Shown here: positions 17,239 through 26,907 of the stretch, piece by piece
How positions within the stretch are numbered: position 1 is the stretch's first letter
How the letters are laid out: the number at the start of each line of letters is the position of its first letter
From: Candidatus Woesearchaeota archaeon
GTDB taxonomy: Archaea > Nanobdellota > Nanobdellia > SCGC-AAA011-G17 > PNOQ01
Direction of reading: 5' to 3'
Assembly (NCBI GenBank): GCA_964497715.1
Contig: CAZCDH010000002.1
Coordinates: 2,810-49,027, forward strand
DNA length: 46,218 bases
Program-made: the position numbers and the translations under genes
The notes under the pieces: generated by a model
The model's input: the letters and a program-made list of their open reading frames with translations, nothing else
Told to the model about the DNA's origin: nothing
Database searches by the model: none

Positions 17239-17287
17239 ACTACTAATCAAATCTCAAAGTTTTTATTTAAAACTTTCTAATATAGAA

Positions 17288-18109
17288 CTAAAAATTCATA
17301 GTTTTGCGATTATGTGTAGCAACAAGAGTAATAGGATCTATAGACATACCGTCCCTAGCGGCAATAGTCTGTATTTTTGATTGCATTTGAATTTGCCTTG
17401 CTTGATAAATCGGATCTTTCTCAATCATTTTTTGACCAAAATGAGTAATAATTACTAATTGAGGTTTAACTTCTTTAACAATTTTTACACAATCTTCAGA
17501 AGAAAGATTATTTTTATCTTTATACCCAAACGGACTGAGACTATTAAGGATTAAAATATCGCAACCTTTCAAATCTTCAACTACCTCAGAAGAATACTCA
17601 GTATCAGAGCTGTAACCTAAAGTAAAACTACCGTTGCTAAACTTAAAACCTATGCCATGAGGATCCTTGTGTTTAGTTTTTAATGCTGTAATATTAATAT
17701 TATTATTAAATTTGACTTTATGTCCCGCATCCAATGCAAGGTATTTTTCAATCTGTTGCCTATGGTCCTTAGTTAAATAAGGGCGCCTATTATCATTGCC
17801 ATAAACTACTGACCTACTAGCAAGCAAAATACCAGATTTATCCAAACCAGAATGAGTCATAGCTTCAATCATAATATTGACATCATTACAATGATCCAAC
17901 ATAGAATTACTAGCCAATAAAACACTAGTCTCCCTAGGGTTTATATTGTACTCTCTTGCCCTAACAAGTGCACCAGGACCAGGATCCACATGAAACTGGA
18001 TACCACTGATTCTTAAAATGATTCCTCCAGAAGCTCTTAATTGTCTTCCGACAGAAAACCTACCACCTCCTGTTCCAAGAAACACTATTTCATTTAAAGG
18101 CATACTCAA
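17288..18109 (-). CDS. Metallo-beta-lactamase-fold hydrolase (degenerate HxHxDH)
   Basis: FLGTGGGR..., ...NSMLDH..., ...SSDTEY... and ...ITHFG follow the MBL motif order. The first two His of motif 2 are replaced. Confidence 0.65.
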   Translation of the reverse strand: MSMPLNEIVFLGTGGGRFSVGRQLRASGGIILRISGIQFHVDPGPGALVRAREYNINPRETSVLLASNSMLDHCNDVNIMIEAMTHSGLDKSGILLASRSVVYGNDNRRPYLTKDHRQQIEKYLALDAGHKVKFNNNINITALKTKHKDPHGIGFKFSNGSFTLGYSSDTEYSSEVVEDLKGCDILILNSLSPFGYKDKNNLSSEDCVKIVKEVKPQLVIITHFGQKMIEKDPIYQARQIQMQSKIQTIAARDGMSIDPITLVATHNRKTMNF

Positions 18110-18189
18110 AATTAGATAACCTTAAATCACTTTTAAAGATATATGAGATATATGTAAATTAACTGTAAAAATTTTGATACTTCGAAAGA

Positions 18190-18197
18190 TTTAAATA
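18190..18197 (+). promoter_or_regulatory. TATA box for tRNA-Phe
   Basis: TTTAAATA ends 26 nt upstream of the tRNA 5' end. Confidence 0.5.
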
Positions 18198-18223
18198 GCA
18201 AATTAGAAATACAAAAGGCATAC

Positions 18224-18297
18224 GGGACGGTAGCTCAGTCTGGGAGAGCGCTAGACTGAAGATCTAGATGTCGGGGGTTCAAATCCCCCTCGTCCCA
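18224..18297 (+). tRNA. tRNA-Phe (anticodon GAA)
   Basis: Hand-folded cloverleaf. Acceptor GGGACGG/TCGTCCC (one G-U), D-arm GCTC/GAGC, anticodon stem CTAGA/TCTAG with loop CTGAAGA, T-arm GGGGG-TTCAAAT-CCCCC, discriminator A. No intron and no encoded CCA. Confidence 0.9.
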
Positions 18298-18321
18298 TAA
18301 AATTAGGTGAATTCTTAAAAA

Positions 18322-19488
18322 ATGGGACTAGAAAAAATAATCAAAAAAAGTAAAAACCTCATATTAGGTTCACTAATTGCAGCACAAGCTATCTCTTTTG
18401 GAGGTTGTGAAAGCAAGATTACTGTACCAGAAGAAGAAAACGTACCATATATAGAATATCAAAACGAAGAAACAAATCAAGAAGGCCAAGTAACATTTGA
18501 AACAGGTGAAACATTACAAATTCTAGATCAAGAAACACAAGAACCGATAGAAGACATAGCAATAAATTATTACACAGATGATTCAGAAGAATATAGAATT
18601 CTAACGATTACAGATGAAACAGATACCTATCTCCCAGCAAGAAGATATCTAGCTAATTTTGAGAACGAAACAGTTTCATTACAAAGATCACAAAATCAAG
18701 AATACACATTTAGAGAACTATCAGAAAATGAAAGAGGACCATTTATGAAATATATGAAAGAAAATATTGAAAACACAAATAATTCACAAAGAACTACAGA
18801 TTGTTCAAATTACATAAGAACAAATAGAGGAGATGAAGTACTTAGAGGAGATAATATTGTTGATAAAATGATAACCTATTTTGTGCCACATGGAGGAGTA
18901 TTAGTAGAAATAGTAAATTTCTTACAAAATCTTGAGGCAATTATTGAAGGATATAATAATTTTGAAGAAATGACTCTTTCAAATAATTGGGATTCATATT
19001 CTTTATCTACAAACGAACAAAATAGTCAATTATGTGGATTACTAATAGAAAGCAATCAACCAGTTATTAATAGCTTTACAAAAAGCATAATAGAAGAGGG
19101 AGAGTATCAAGGATATTATAAAATAGAATTAGATGTAACTGATCTAATTACTTATTTAGATGGAACAACTGACAAAACCATATCATGTACAGGAGATGGA
19201 GAGGAGCATAACCTGTACCAATGGTTAACATTTCAGAATCTAACACATCCAGGTCATGGGTGGGGGCAATGGAGTATTAATACAGATCAAGTAATATCGG
19301 AAGAAAGGGTGATATTTTCACAAATAATGGCAGGAATACCACCTCACGCATTACCTGGAGATTATCTGATCTATGGGAGAATATATGATGACACTTGTGA
19401 ATTCTGGCCAGAAGGCCATTGGGAATATAATCAATTAAACGTAGGATATACAGATACATTAGAAATCACAATTCAACCAAGAAAATAA
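18322..19488 (+). CDS. Secreted, possibly lipid-anchored acidic protein, function unknown
   Basis: Signal peptide ending in the lipobox-like AISFGGC. The body is rich in E, N and T and has no recognisable motif. Confidence 0.6.
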   Translation: MGLEKIIKKSKNLILGSLIAAQAISFGGCESKITVPEEENVPYIEYQNEETNQEGQVTFETGETLQILDQETQEPIEDIAINYYTDDSEEYRILTITDETDTYLPARRYLANFENETVSLQRSQNQEYTFRELSENERGPFMKYMKENIENTNNSQRTTDCSNYIRTNRGDEVLRGDNIVDKMITYFVPHGGVLVEIVNFLQNLEAIIEGYNNFEEMTLSNNWDSYSLSTNEQNSQLCGLLIESNQPVINSFTKSIIEEGEYQGYYKIELDVTDLITYLDGTTDKTISCTGDGEEHNLYQWLTFQNLTHPGHGWGQWSINTDQVISEERVIFSQIMAGIPPHALPGDYLIYGRIYDDTCEFWPEGHWEYNQLNVGYTDTLEITIQPRK

Positions 19489-19536
19489 GAAAACTTATAA
19501 ATAAAGATATTCTAAATTAACATAGGTGATTAATTA

Positions 19537-20058
19537 ATGAAAACTCATTCTAGTAAAAGAGGAGCAATAGAACTATCAATGACAACAATAATAGTAGTAG
19601 TCATTGGAGTAACATTATTAACACTAGGATTAACTTTTGTAAAAAACATCATGGGTGGAGCAGAAGGAATAAGCGAAGAAGCTTTCACTGAAGCAGATAG
19701 AATGATTAGAGACATGATGGGAAGTGATGAAGAATTTTATATATCGGGAATTACATTTAATGTTAGACCTGGTGAAAGAATAACTGCAGGAGTGGGAGTA
19801 AGAGATTATAACAACTGGACAACACTTGTACTAACCCCTGAAGTAACAGGTGGAGAATGTAGTGCAGATTGGATTTTACTTCCAGAGAGTACACTAAATA
19901 CAAATCCTGGAGATTTAACATCGATTCCATTCCAAATACTTGTCCCAGGAGGTACACCCGTCGGACCAACTTGTTTTTACACAATAACGGCAACTTCGGC
20001 AAACCCTTCACAAGTTTATGGATATAAAACAATAATTGTTAATCTAGTGAGTGATTAA
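19537..20058 (+). CDS. Archaeal type IV pilin-like protein (class III signal peptide)
   Basis: The N-terminus is MKTHSSKRG|AIELSMTTIIVVVIGVTLLTLGLTF. A GGTGAT Shine-Dalgarno site lies 8 nt upstream. The globular part is small and beta-rich. Confidence 0.65.
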   Translation: MKTHSSKRGAIELSMTTIIVVVIGVTLLTLGLTFVKNIMGGAEGISEEAFTEADRMIRDMMGSDEEFYISGITFNVRPGERITAGVGVRDYNNWTTLVLTPEVTGGECSADWILLPESTLNTNPGDLTSIPFQILVPGGTPVGPTCFYTITATSANPSQVYGYKTIIVNLVSD

Positions 20059-20094
20059 ACAAACTTTATATACTTCTTTTTTCTTTTATTTTCT

Positions 20095-21444
20095 ATGAAA
20101 CTTTACAATACCCTATCAAAAAAGAAAGAGAAATTCAAACCTTTGAAAAAGAAAGAGGTTGGAATGTATGTTTGCGGTCCAACGATTTATGATTATGGTC
20201 ATTTGGGACACGGACGTTCTGCAGTAAATTTTGATGTAATAAGAAGATATCTAGAATTCAAAGGATATAAAGTAAATTTTATTTTTAATTATACAGACAT
20301 AGATGACAAAATAATAGAAAGGGCGAACAAGGATAAAATTTCAATATCCGAATTAACAAAAAAATTCACAAAAATATACAATGAAGATTATAATGAATTG
20401 AATGTTCTAAAACCAACTAAAAATCCAAAACCTACAAAGCACATTAAAGAGATAATAGAAATAATAAAAGATCTTGAAAAAAATGAATTTACTTATCAAC
20501 TAGAAGACGGGTTGTATTTTAACACATCAAAATTCAAAGGATATGGGAAATTATCTCATCAAGATGTTAAACAACTTCAGGCTGGAAGAAGAATAAAAAA
20601 AGATGAGAATAAAAAAAACTATAGAGATTTTGTAATCTGGAAATTAGCAAAAAAGGGAGAGCCTGCTTGGAAAAGTCCTTGGGGAGAAGGAAGACCTGGA
20701 TGGCACATAGAATGTTCTGCAATGTCAAAAACATATTTAGGAAAAACTTTTGACATACATGGTGGAGGACAAGATTTAATATTCCCTCACCACGAAAATG
20801 AAATAGCACAATCAGAGGCGGCAAATAAAAAGCCTTTTGCAAATTACTGGTTACATAACGGATTCATACAAGTAAATAAAGAAAAAATGTCAAAATCATT
20901 AGGGAATTTCTTTACACTAAAAGAAGCATTCAAAGAATATGATCCCATGGTTGTAAGATATATGATCATCTCGGCACACTACAGAGCACCTATAGATTTT
21001 TCAAAACAAAATCTAGAACAAGCAAAAAACTCATTAGACAGAATAAGAGAATTTGTGACTAGTGCTAAAAAATCAAAAAATAACCTGGATAAAAAATTAA
21101 TACAAAAAACAGAAAAAGAATTCATAGAAGCAATGGACAATGATTTTGATACTCCGAAAGCATTGGCAACAATTTTCCAATTTATTAGAGAATCTAATAA
21201 ACTTGAAAACGGGAAAAATGCATATGATTTGATAATTAAATTTGATAAAACTCTTGGACTAAATCTGAACAAAATAAAAGATGAAGAAACTCCAGAAGAA
21301 GTAAAAAAACTACTAATAAAAAGAGAAACTGCAAGAACTGAAAAAGACTGGAAAGAAGCAGATAGATTAAGAAATGAGATTAAAAAAATAGGATATATCA
21401 TTGAAGACTCAAAAGAAGGATTACAAATAAAAAGAATCAAATAG
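20095..21444 (+). CDS. cysS: Cysteinyl-tRNA synthetase
   Basis: [16 protein letters not shown] (HIGH), [16 protein letters not shown] and KMSKSLGN. Confidence 0.9.
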   Translation: MKLYNTLSKKKEKFKPLKKKEVGMYVCGPTIYDYGHLGHGRSAVNFDVIRRYLEFKGYKVNFIFNYTDIDDKIIERANKDKISISELTKKFTKIYNEDYNELNVLKPTKNPKPTKHIKEIIEIIKDLEKNEFTYQLEDGLYFNTSKFKGYGKLSHQDVKQLQAGRRIKKDENKKNYRDFVIWKLAKKGEPAWKSPWGEGRPGWHIECSAMSKTYLGKTFDIHGGGQDLIFPHHENEIAQSEAANKKPFANYWLHNGFIQVNKEKMSKSLGNFFTLKEAFKEYDPMVVRYMIISAHYRAPIDFSKQNLEQAKNSLDRIREFVTSAKKSKNNLDKKLIQKTEKEFIEAMDNDFDTPKALATIFQFIRESNKLENGKNAYDLIIKFDKTLGLNLNKIKDEETPEEVKKLLIKRETARTEKDWKEADRLRNEIKKIGYIIEDSKEGLQIKRIK

Positions 21445-21485
21445 AAACATTTTTAAACAAAAGCTAAGCCTTTCAAGGATATAAT

Positions 21486-21914
21486 ATGGCAATTGACGAT
21501 ATAAAAGCAAATGAATTGATAGAAAAATCAGCTCAGGAATTAAAAAAGATAGATGTAATCAAAGCTCCAGAGTGGGCTAAATTTGCAAAAACTGGAGCAC
21601 ATAAAGAAAGGCCTCCTGTAGAAAGAGACTGGTGGTTTACTAGAGCTGCAGCAATATTAAGAAAAGTGTATACACTTGGACCAATAGGGACAGCAAAATT
21701 AAGAGTTAAATACGGTGGAAAACAGTCTAGAGGAAGTAGACCTGAAAAATTCAAAAAAGGTTCTGGAAACATAATTAGAACAATATTACAACAATTAGAA
21801 AAAGCAGAACTGATCACACAAACTAAAAAAGGAGTACATCACGGAAGAGTGTTGACTCCAAAAGGACAATCCTTTTTGAATAAAGTAGCAAAAGATGCAA
21901 AAAAATCAGAATAA
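21486..21914 (+). CDS. rps19e: 30S ribosomal protein S19e
   Basis: PEWAKFAKTGAHKERPP..DWWFTRAAAILRKVY..GPIG...YGG is the S19e signature. Confidence 0.9.
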   Translation: MAIDDIKANELIEKSAQELKKIDVIKAPEWAKFAKTGAHKERPPVERDWWFTRAAAILRKVYTLGPIGTAKLRVKYGGKQSRGSRPEKFKKGSGNIIRTILQQLEKAELITQTKKGVHHGRVLTPKGQSFLNKVAKDAKKSE

Positions 21915-22173
21915 TCAAGAAGAATTAATAAAATTACAACAACAGCTAGATCAATTAGAAAGATTAGCTAAACAACATATGACAAGAGAAGCAATCGAAA
22001 GATATGGGAACATAAAAATAGCCCATCAAGAACTTTCAATTCAACTGATTCTCTTGATAACACAATCAATTGAAAAAAATCAATTGAGAGGAAAAATTAC
22101 AGATGAACAATTAAAAACTCTGTTAAGAGAAATTCAAAATCAAAAAAGACAAACAAAAATAAAATTTAAATAA
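21895..22173 (+). CDS. PDCD5/TFAR19-like DNA-binding protein
   Basis: Helical and Gln/Lys-rich, 92 aa. It sits in the conserved archaeal position between rps19e and rpl39e. Confidence 0.65.
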   Translation: MQKNQNNQEELIKLQQQLDQLERLAKQHMTREAIERYGNIKIAHQELSIQLILLITQSIEKNQLRGKITDEQLKTLLREIQNQKRQTKIKFK

Positions 22174-22174
22174 A

Positions 22175-22348
22175 ATGGCAAGACACATAACTCCAGCAAA
22201 AAAAGCAAGATTAGCTAAAAAAGGCAGACAAACAAGATGGGCACCATTCTGGGTTGTACCAAAGATAGCTGGAACAGGAAAAAAAATCCACCCTTCTGTA
22301 TTTACAAAAATTAAAAGAAGTTGGAGAAGAACTAAAATTAAAGCATAA
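22175..22348 (+). CDS. rpl39e: 50S ribosomal protein L39e (not in ORF track, 57 aa)
   Basis: Hand translation gives MARHITPAKKARLAKKGRQTRWAPFWVVPKIAGTGKKIHPSVFTKIKRSWRRTKIKA*. The basic content and the RWAPFWV motif fit, as does the position before rpl31e. Confidence 0.85.
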   Translation: MARHITPAKKARLAKKGRQTRWAPFWVVPKIAGTGKKIHPSVFTKIKRSWRRTKIKA

Positions 22349-22350
22349 AA

Positions 22351-22827
22351 ATGGCAGATAAAAAAGAAAGAATTTACATTATACCGCTAAGGAAAGAATT
22401 TCTAAAAGCACCTAAGTATAAGAGATCTGCAAAATCAATAAGAGCAATAAAAGAATTTATAAAAAAACATATGAAAGTAGATGATGTTCTAATAGGTAAA
22501 TACCTAAATGAAAATGTTTGGAAGAATGGACCAAAAAATCCACCATCCAAAGTAAATGTTAAAGTAGTAAAAGAAGATAAGTTAGCAAATGTGGAAATAA
22601 TTGGTGCTCCTGAGAAAAAAATAGAAGAGCCAAAAGAAAAGAAACCTGCTAAAAAGAAGACAGAAGAAAAAACTACTGAAAAGAAAGACGATAAAGAAAC
22701 GAAAAAGCCTAGTAAACCTGAAACTAAAGTACCTAAAGCTTCCGAACTAAAAGAGAAAAAAACAGAAGCTAAAAAGGAAGAGACAAAAAAAGTTCCAACG
22801 GCTTCTGAGTTAAAAGAAAAGAAATAA
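22351..22827 (+). CDS. rpl31e: 50S ribosomal protein L31e with Lys/Glu-rich C-terminal extension
   Basis: The L31e core is IIPLRKEFLKAPKYKRSAKSIRAIKEFIKKHMK...NVWKNG..NPPSKV.VKV. It is followed by about 70 aa of KE-rich tail. Confidence 0.85.
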   Translation: MADKKERIYIIPLRKEFLKAPKYKRSAKSIRAIKEFIKKHMKVDDVLIGKYLNENVWKNGPKNPPSKVNVKVVKEDKLANVEIIGAPEKKIEEPKEKKPAKKKTEEKTTEKKDDKETKKPSKPETKVPKASELKEKKTEAKKEETKKVPTASELKEKK

Positions 22828-23837
22828 TGTGCCTTCTACCATTTGAGAAAACAAAAAGAGAAATTATAGTAAAAAAAGAATCTATTTCTAACAAAGACTA
22901 TGGAAAATCTCCAAAAGAAAGAACTATTGAAGAACTAATCAAATATGGAGTAGTAAATATCAACAAACCAGAAGGGCCAACATCCCATCAAGTTACATCC
23001 TATGTTAAAGACATTCTAAAAATTGAAAAAGCAGGACACTCTGGAACACTAGATCCTAAAGTAACAGGAGTCTTGTTAATTGCATTAGAAGATGCAACAA
23101 GAATAGTTCAAACAATTCTAACAACAGGAAAAGAATATATCTGTTTAATGAAAATACATAAAGATAAACCAGAAGAAGAAATAAAAGAGGCAGTAAATTC
23201 ATTTATTGGAAAAATTAAACAGATTCCACCGATAAGATCTGCAGTAAAAAGAAGAGAAAGAGAAAGAACAATATACTACATAGACATATTAGAAATAAAA
23301 GGAAAAGAAGTATTATTGAAAGTTGGATGCCAAGCAGGAACATATATGAGAAAACTCTGCCATGATATTGGAGAAAAACTAGAAACTGGTGCACACATGG
23401 ATCAACTAGTTAGGTCAAAAGCTGGACCTTTTAATGATACAGAGTGGTACTCTCTTCAAGAATTAACAGATGCATATGAATTCTATAAAGAAGGCGACGA
23501 ATCTGAATTAAAAAAAATGATTAAACCAATAGAAGATGCAATATTTCATTTACCAAAAATTTGGATAATGGATACAACAGTTGACTCTATAAGTCATGGG
23601 GCAGAACTAAACATCCCTGGAATTTCTAAATTTCATTCCGAAATAAAAAGAAAAGATAGCGTAGCGATAATGACATTAAAAGGAGAACTTGTAGCACTTG
23701 GTGAAGCATACTTGAGTTCAGAAGAAATGATAGAGAAAGATATGGGGACCGCAGTAAAAACCAGAAAAGTTTTTATGAAAAGAGGAATATATCCAAAGAT
23801 GAAGTTTGAATACAATGGAAACAATAAAAATAACTAG
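22827..23837 (+). CDS. cbf5: H/ACA RNP pseudouridine synthase Cbf5 (TruB + PUA)
   Basis: GHSGTLDPKVTGVL catalytic Asp box and a C-terminal PUA-like region. TAATG overlap with rpl31e. Confidence 0.9.
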   Translation: MCLLPFEKTKREIIVKKESISNKDYGKSPKERTIEELIKYGVVNINKPEGPTSHQVTSYVKDILKIEKAGHSGTLDPKVTGVLLIALEDATRIVQTILTTGKEYICLMKIHKDKPEEEIKEAVNSFIGKIKQIPPIRSAVKRRERERTIYYIDILEIKGKEVLLKVGCQAGTYMRKLCHDIGEKLETGAHMDQLVRSKAGPFNDTEWYSLQELTDAYEFYKEGDESELKKMIKPIEDAIFHLPKIWIMDTTVDSISHGAELNIPGISKFHSEIKRKDSVAIMTLKGELVALGEAYLSSEEMIEKDMGTAVKTRKVFMKRGIYPKMKFEYNGNNKNN

Positions 23838-24804
23838 AGAATCCGGAATTCCATTGATGGGAGCAATTCAATTTGGAATAATAGATAGGGGAACAAACTT
23901 ATTGCAAATCAGAGCAACAACAATATGCAATTTAAATTGTCCTTTCTGTTCAACAGATGCAGGACCAAATTCAAGAACTCATAAAACTACTTATTCTGTA
24001 GATATAGATTACCTAATAGACTGGGTAAAAGAAATTGTAAAATATAGGGGTGGAAAAAATATTGAAGCAAATCTAGATTCAGTTGGAGAACCATTTGCAC
24101 ATAAAGAGTTTATAGAGTTAGCAAAAAAAGTAGCAGAGATAGAAGGAATCTATAAAATATCTATGCAATCAAACGGAACACTAGTAAAAAAAAGAGACAT
24201 AGATGAATTAGATTCGATAGGGATACCAATACGAATAAATCTATCAATACATTCAACAGATGAAAACGAAGCAAAAGAACTAGCAGGAAATGAAAATTAT
24301 AAGATAGAACAAATAATTGAACTAGCAAAATACATCAATTCTAAAAAAAATATTGAACTACTTTTAGCACCAGTATGGTTGCCAGGACTAAACGATAAAG
24401 GAATAGGAAATATAGTCGAATTAGCAAAAGAACTCAAATGTTTAATTGGAATCCAGAAATATGAGATTTACAAATATTCAAGAAAAATGAAAAAGGCAAA
24501 AAATATAACATTCTGGAAATTCTATAAGAAACTTGAGGAATGGGAAAAAGAACATAACACTCAATTAAAACTAGATCCTAAAATTTTCAAGTTTGAAAAA
24601 ATGACAAGATTTCCAAAAACAATGGATGTAAATCAAAAAGTTTATGCAGAAATAAAAGCACCAGGCTGGATAAAAGATCAAATGATAGGAGTTGCAAATC
24701 AAAGATGTGTAACAATAAACAAATGTGACAAACCAATTGGATCAACAGCAAAAGTTAAGATAGTACAAAATAAAAATAACATATATTTAGCAAATCAGCT
24801 CTAA
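23806..24804 (+). CDS. Radical SAM protein (COG2100-like), function unknown
   Basis: Contains a CNLNCPFC (CxxxCxxC) cluster motif near the N-terminus. Confidence 0.7.
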   Translation: MNTMETIKITRESGIPLMGAIQFGIIDRGTNLLQIRATTICNLNCPFCSTDAGPNSRTHKTTYSVDIDYLIDWVKEIVKYRGGKNIEANLDSVGEPFAHKEFIELAKKVAEIEGIYKISMQSNGTLVKKRDIDELDSIGIPIRINLSIHSTDENEAKELAGNENYKIEQIIELAKYINSKKNIELLLAPVWLPGLNDKGIGNIVELAKELKCLIGIQKYEIYKYSRKMKKAKNITFWKFYKKLEEWEKEHNTQLKLDPKIFKFEKMTRFPKTMDVNQKVYAEIKAPGWIKDQMIGVANQRCVTINKCDKPIGSTAKVKIVQNKNNIYLANQL

Positions 24805-24909
24805 TTCTAGTGAAATCACTACTATATTATAGTTTCAAAACGTTTAAATAACAAAAAATCATATTTAGTCTATATTTAAGTTCAAAAAATTAAAAGGGAG
24901 GTTGATTAC

Positions 24910-25260
24910 ATGGCTAAGAAAAAATCAATGTGGGATAAATGGGCTTTTACAGCAGCATGGGTAATTTCACTAGTTTTGGCAATAGCAGCAACAGTTAAGT
25001 TCAATTTGACTGGAAATTACTGGTTATTTATCTTAGTATTGCTCGGTATAGTGGTCGGATGGATGTATAAAGCAAAAGATGTAATGCCATTTTTATGGTT
25101 AACATTGATCTTTGTACTGTTATCTCAATTTACGCCAATATTAAGTAGTGGATATTATGTTGGAGTACTTGTAGGTACTTTCTTCGATGCATTTAAAATA
25201 TTCTTGAGCACAGCTGCATTCATTGTAGTATACAAGAAAATATACAGCATACTTAGTTAA
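24910..25260 (+). CDS. Small integral membrane protein (3-4 TM)
   Basis: Strong GGGAGGT Shine-Dalgarno site 7 nt upstream, hydrophobic helices throughout, and a T-rich tract downstream. Confidence 0.6.
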   Translation: MAKKKSMWDKWAFTAAWVISLVLAIAATVKFNLTGNYWLFILVLLGIVVGWMYKAKDVMPFLWLTLIFVLLSQFTPILSSGYYVGVLVGTFFDAFKIFLSTAAFIVVYKKIYSILS

Positions 25261-25265
25261 AACCT

Positions 25266-25295
25266 TTAATTTTATTTTATTTTCTTATTTTTTTT
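25266..25295 (+). terminator. Oligo-T tract (archaeal-type terminator candidate)
   Basis: The sequence ttaattttattttattttcttatttttttt lies immediately after the stop codon of 24910..25260. Confidence 0.4.
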
Positions 25296-25367
25296 AAACA
25301 ACTTAGTAAGTTTTATGTCTCCAAGAAATAGAAAAGTTTTAAATATACACAAGTAAATTGATTCAAT

Positions 25368-26831
25368 ATGTCAGAAGATAGAATAATGGATGAAAGAAGG
25401 AAAAAATTAGAAGACCTTAGAGAGAAAGGTATAAATCCTTATCCTTACAGTTTCGATAAAAAAGATGATGCAAAAGATTTGCAAAAAGAATTCTCAAAAT
25501 TAAAAAAAGAAGAAAAAACAAGAAAAAAAGTTAGTATTGCTGGAAGAGTTATGGTATCAAGAGTAATGGGAAAGATAGCTTTCTTCGAAATACAAGATCA
25601 GAGTGGACGAATACAATTATTCGCATCAAAAAAATCATTAGAAAATTATAACGATATAAAGAAAATAGATAATGGAGATTTTATAGGAGTTAATGGTACA
25701 GTTTTCAAAACAAAAACTGGAGAAATAACAATAGAAATAAAAGAATTTGAATTACTATCAAAAAGTATAAGACCATTACCTTCAAAATGGCACGGCCTTA
25801 AAGATGATGAAATAAGATATAGACAAAGATATTTAGATTTAATAGCAAATCAAGATGTCAAGGATGTTTTTATCAAAAGAGCTAAAATAATAAAGGCAAT
25901 AAGACAATTTATGGAAGACAGAGGTTTTATGGAGGTAGATACTCCTGCACTACAAACTATTTATGGTGGTGCTAATGCTAGACCATTCAAAACTCATGTT
26001 AATGCATGGGACATACCTTTGTACCTTAGTATATCTCCCGAATTACATTTAAAAAGATTATTAGTTGGAGGATTTGAGAAAGTATATTCATTAAATAAAT
26101 CATTTAGAAATGAAGGAGTAGATAAAACTCACAATCCAGAATTTACAATGTTAGAATGCTATCAAGCATATGCAGACTACACAGATATGGAAGAACTAAC
26201 TGAAGAGCTGTACAAATATGTTGCAAAAAAAGTACTAAAAACCACAAAAATAGAATACCAAGGAAAACAAATTGATTTGGGTAAACCTTGGGAAAAAATA
26301 ACTATGGGTGATGCACTTAAAAAATATGCAAAAATTGATACAAAGAAACTCTCAGATAAGGAACTTCAAGTTCTACTAAAAAAACACAAAATAACTCTAG
26401 AACCTTATAATAGAGGTTTGGCAATAAATGAATTATTTGAAGAACTTGTTGAAGATAAATTAATCCAACCAACATTCATAAAAGATCATCCTAAGGAAAC
26501 AACCTCTTTATGCAAACAAAAAAGAGACGATGAAAACCATATAGAAAGATTTGAACCGTTCATTAATGGGTGGGAGATAGGTAACGCTTATTCTGAATTA
26601 AATGATCCAATACTTCAAGAAAAACTTTTAGAAGAACAAGAGGAAGCAGGAAGAGGTGGAGATGAAGAATATCATCCTATGGATAAAGATTATATAAAAG
26701 CCTTAGAAACAGGTATGCCTCCTGCAGGTGGACTTGGATTAGGTATAGATAGAATGACAATGTTGTTAACTAATTCTAGTTCAATAAGAGATGTAATATT
26801 ATTCCCTACAATGCGTCCTGAAGAAGAATAA
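25368..26831 (+). CDS. lysS: Lysyl-tRNA synthetase, class II
   Basis: N-terminal OB anticodon-binding domain. Class II motifs FRNEGVDKTHNPEFTMLECYQAYADY and GGLGLGIDRMTMLL. Confidence 0.9.
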   Translation: MSEDRIMDERRKKLEDLREKGINPYPYSFDKKDDAKDLQKEFSKLKKEEKTRKKVSIAGRVMVSRVMGKIAFFEIQDQSGRIQLFASKKSLENYNDIKKIDNGDFIGVNGTVFKTKTGEITIEIKEFELLSKSIRPLPSKWHGLKDDEIRYRQRYLDLIANQDVKDVFIKRAKIIKAIRQFMEDRGFMEVDTPALQTIYGGANARPFKTHVNAWDIPLYLSISPELHLKRLLVGGFEKVYSLNKSFRNEGVDKTHNPEFTMLECYQAYADYTDMEELTEELYKYVAKKVLKTTKIEYQGKQIDLGKPWEKITMGDALKKYAKIDTKKLSDKELQVLLKKHKITLEPYNRGLAINELFEELVEDKLIQPTFIKDHPKETTSLCKQKRDDENHIERFEPFINGWEIGNAYSELNDPILQEKLLEEQEEAGRGGDEEYHPMDKDYIKALETGMPPAGGLGLGIDRMTMLLTNSSSIRDVILFPTMRPEEE

Positions 26832-26907
26832 AAAAGTTTATAAATCTCTTATATTAAATCAAATAAGTTGAAACACTCAACGCTATTTAAAGGGAGGAAA
26901 ATAAAAA

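Noticed and set aside
20979-21440. 153-aa minus-strand ORF antisense to cysS (also 20567..20842)
   Set aside because: cysS has unambiguous class I synthetase motifs across this region. The antisense product is Ser/Phe/Leu low-complexity sequence.
24809-24820. Palindrome agtgaaatcact just after the radical SAM gene
   Set aside because: A 5-bp stem with a 2-nt loop is too weak for a structural element and is expected by chance in AT-rich DNA.
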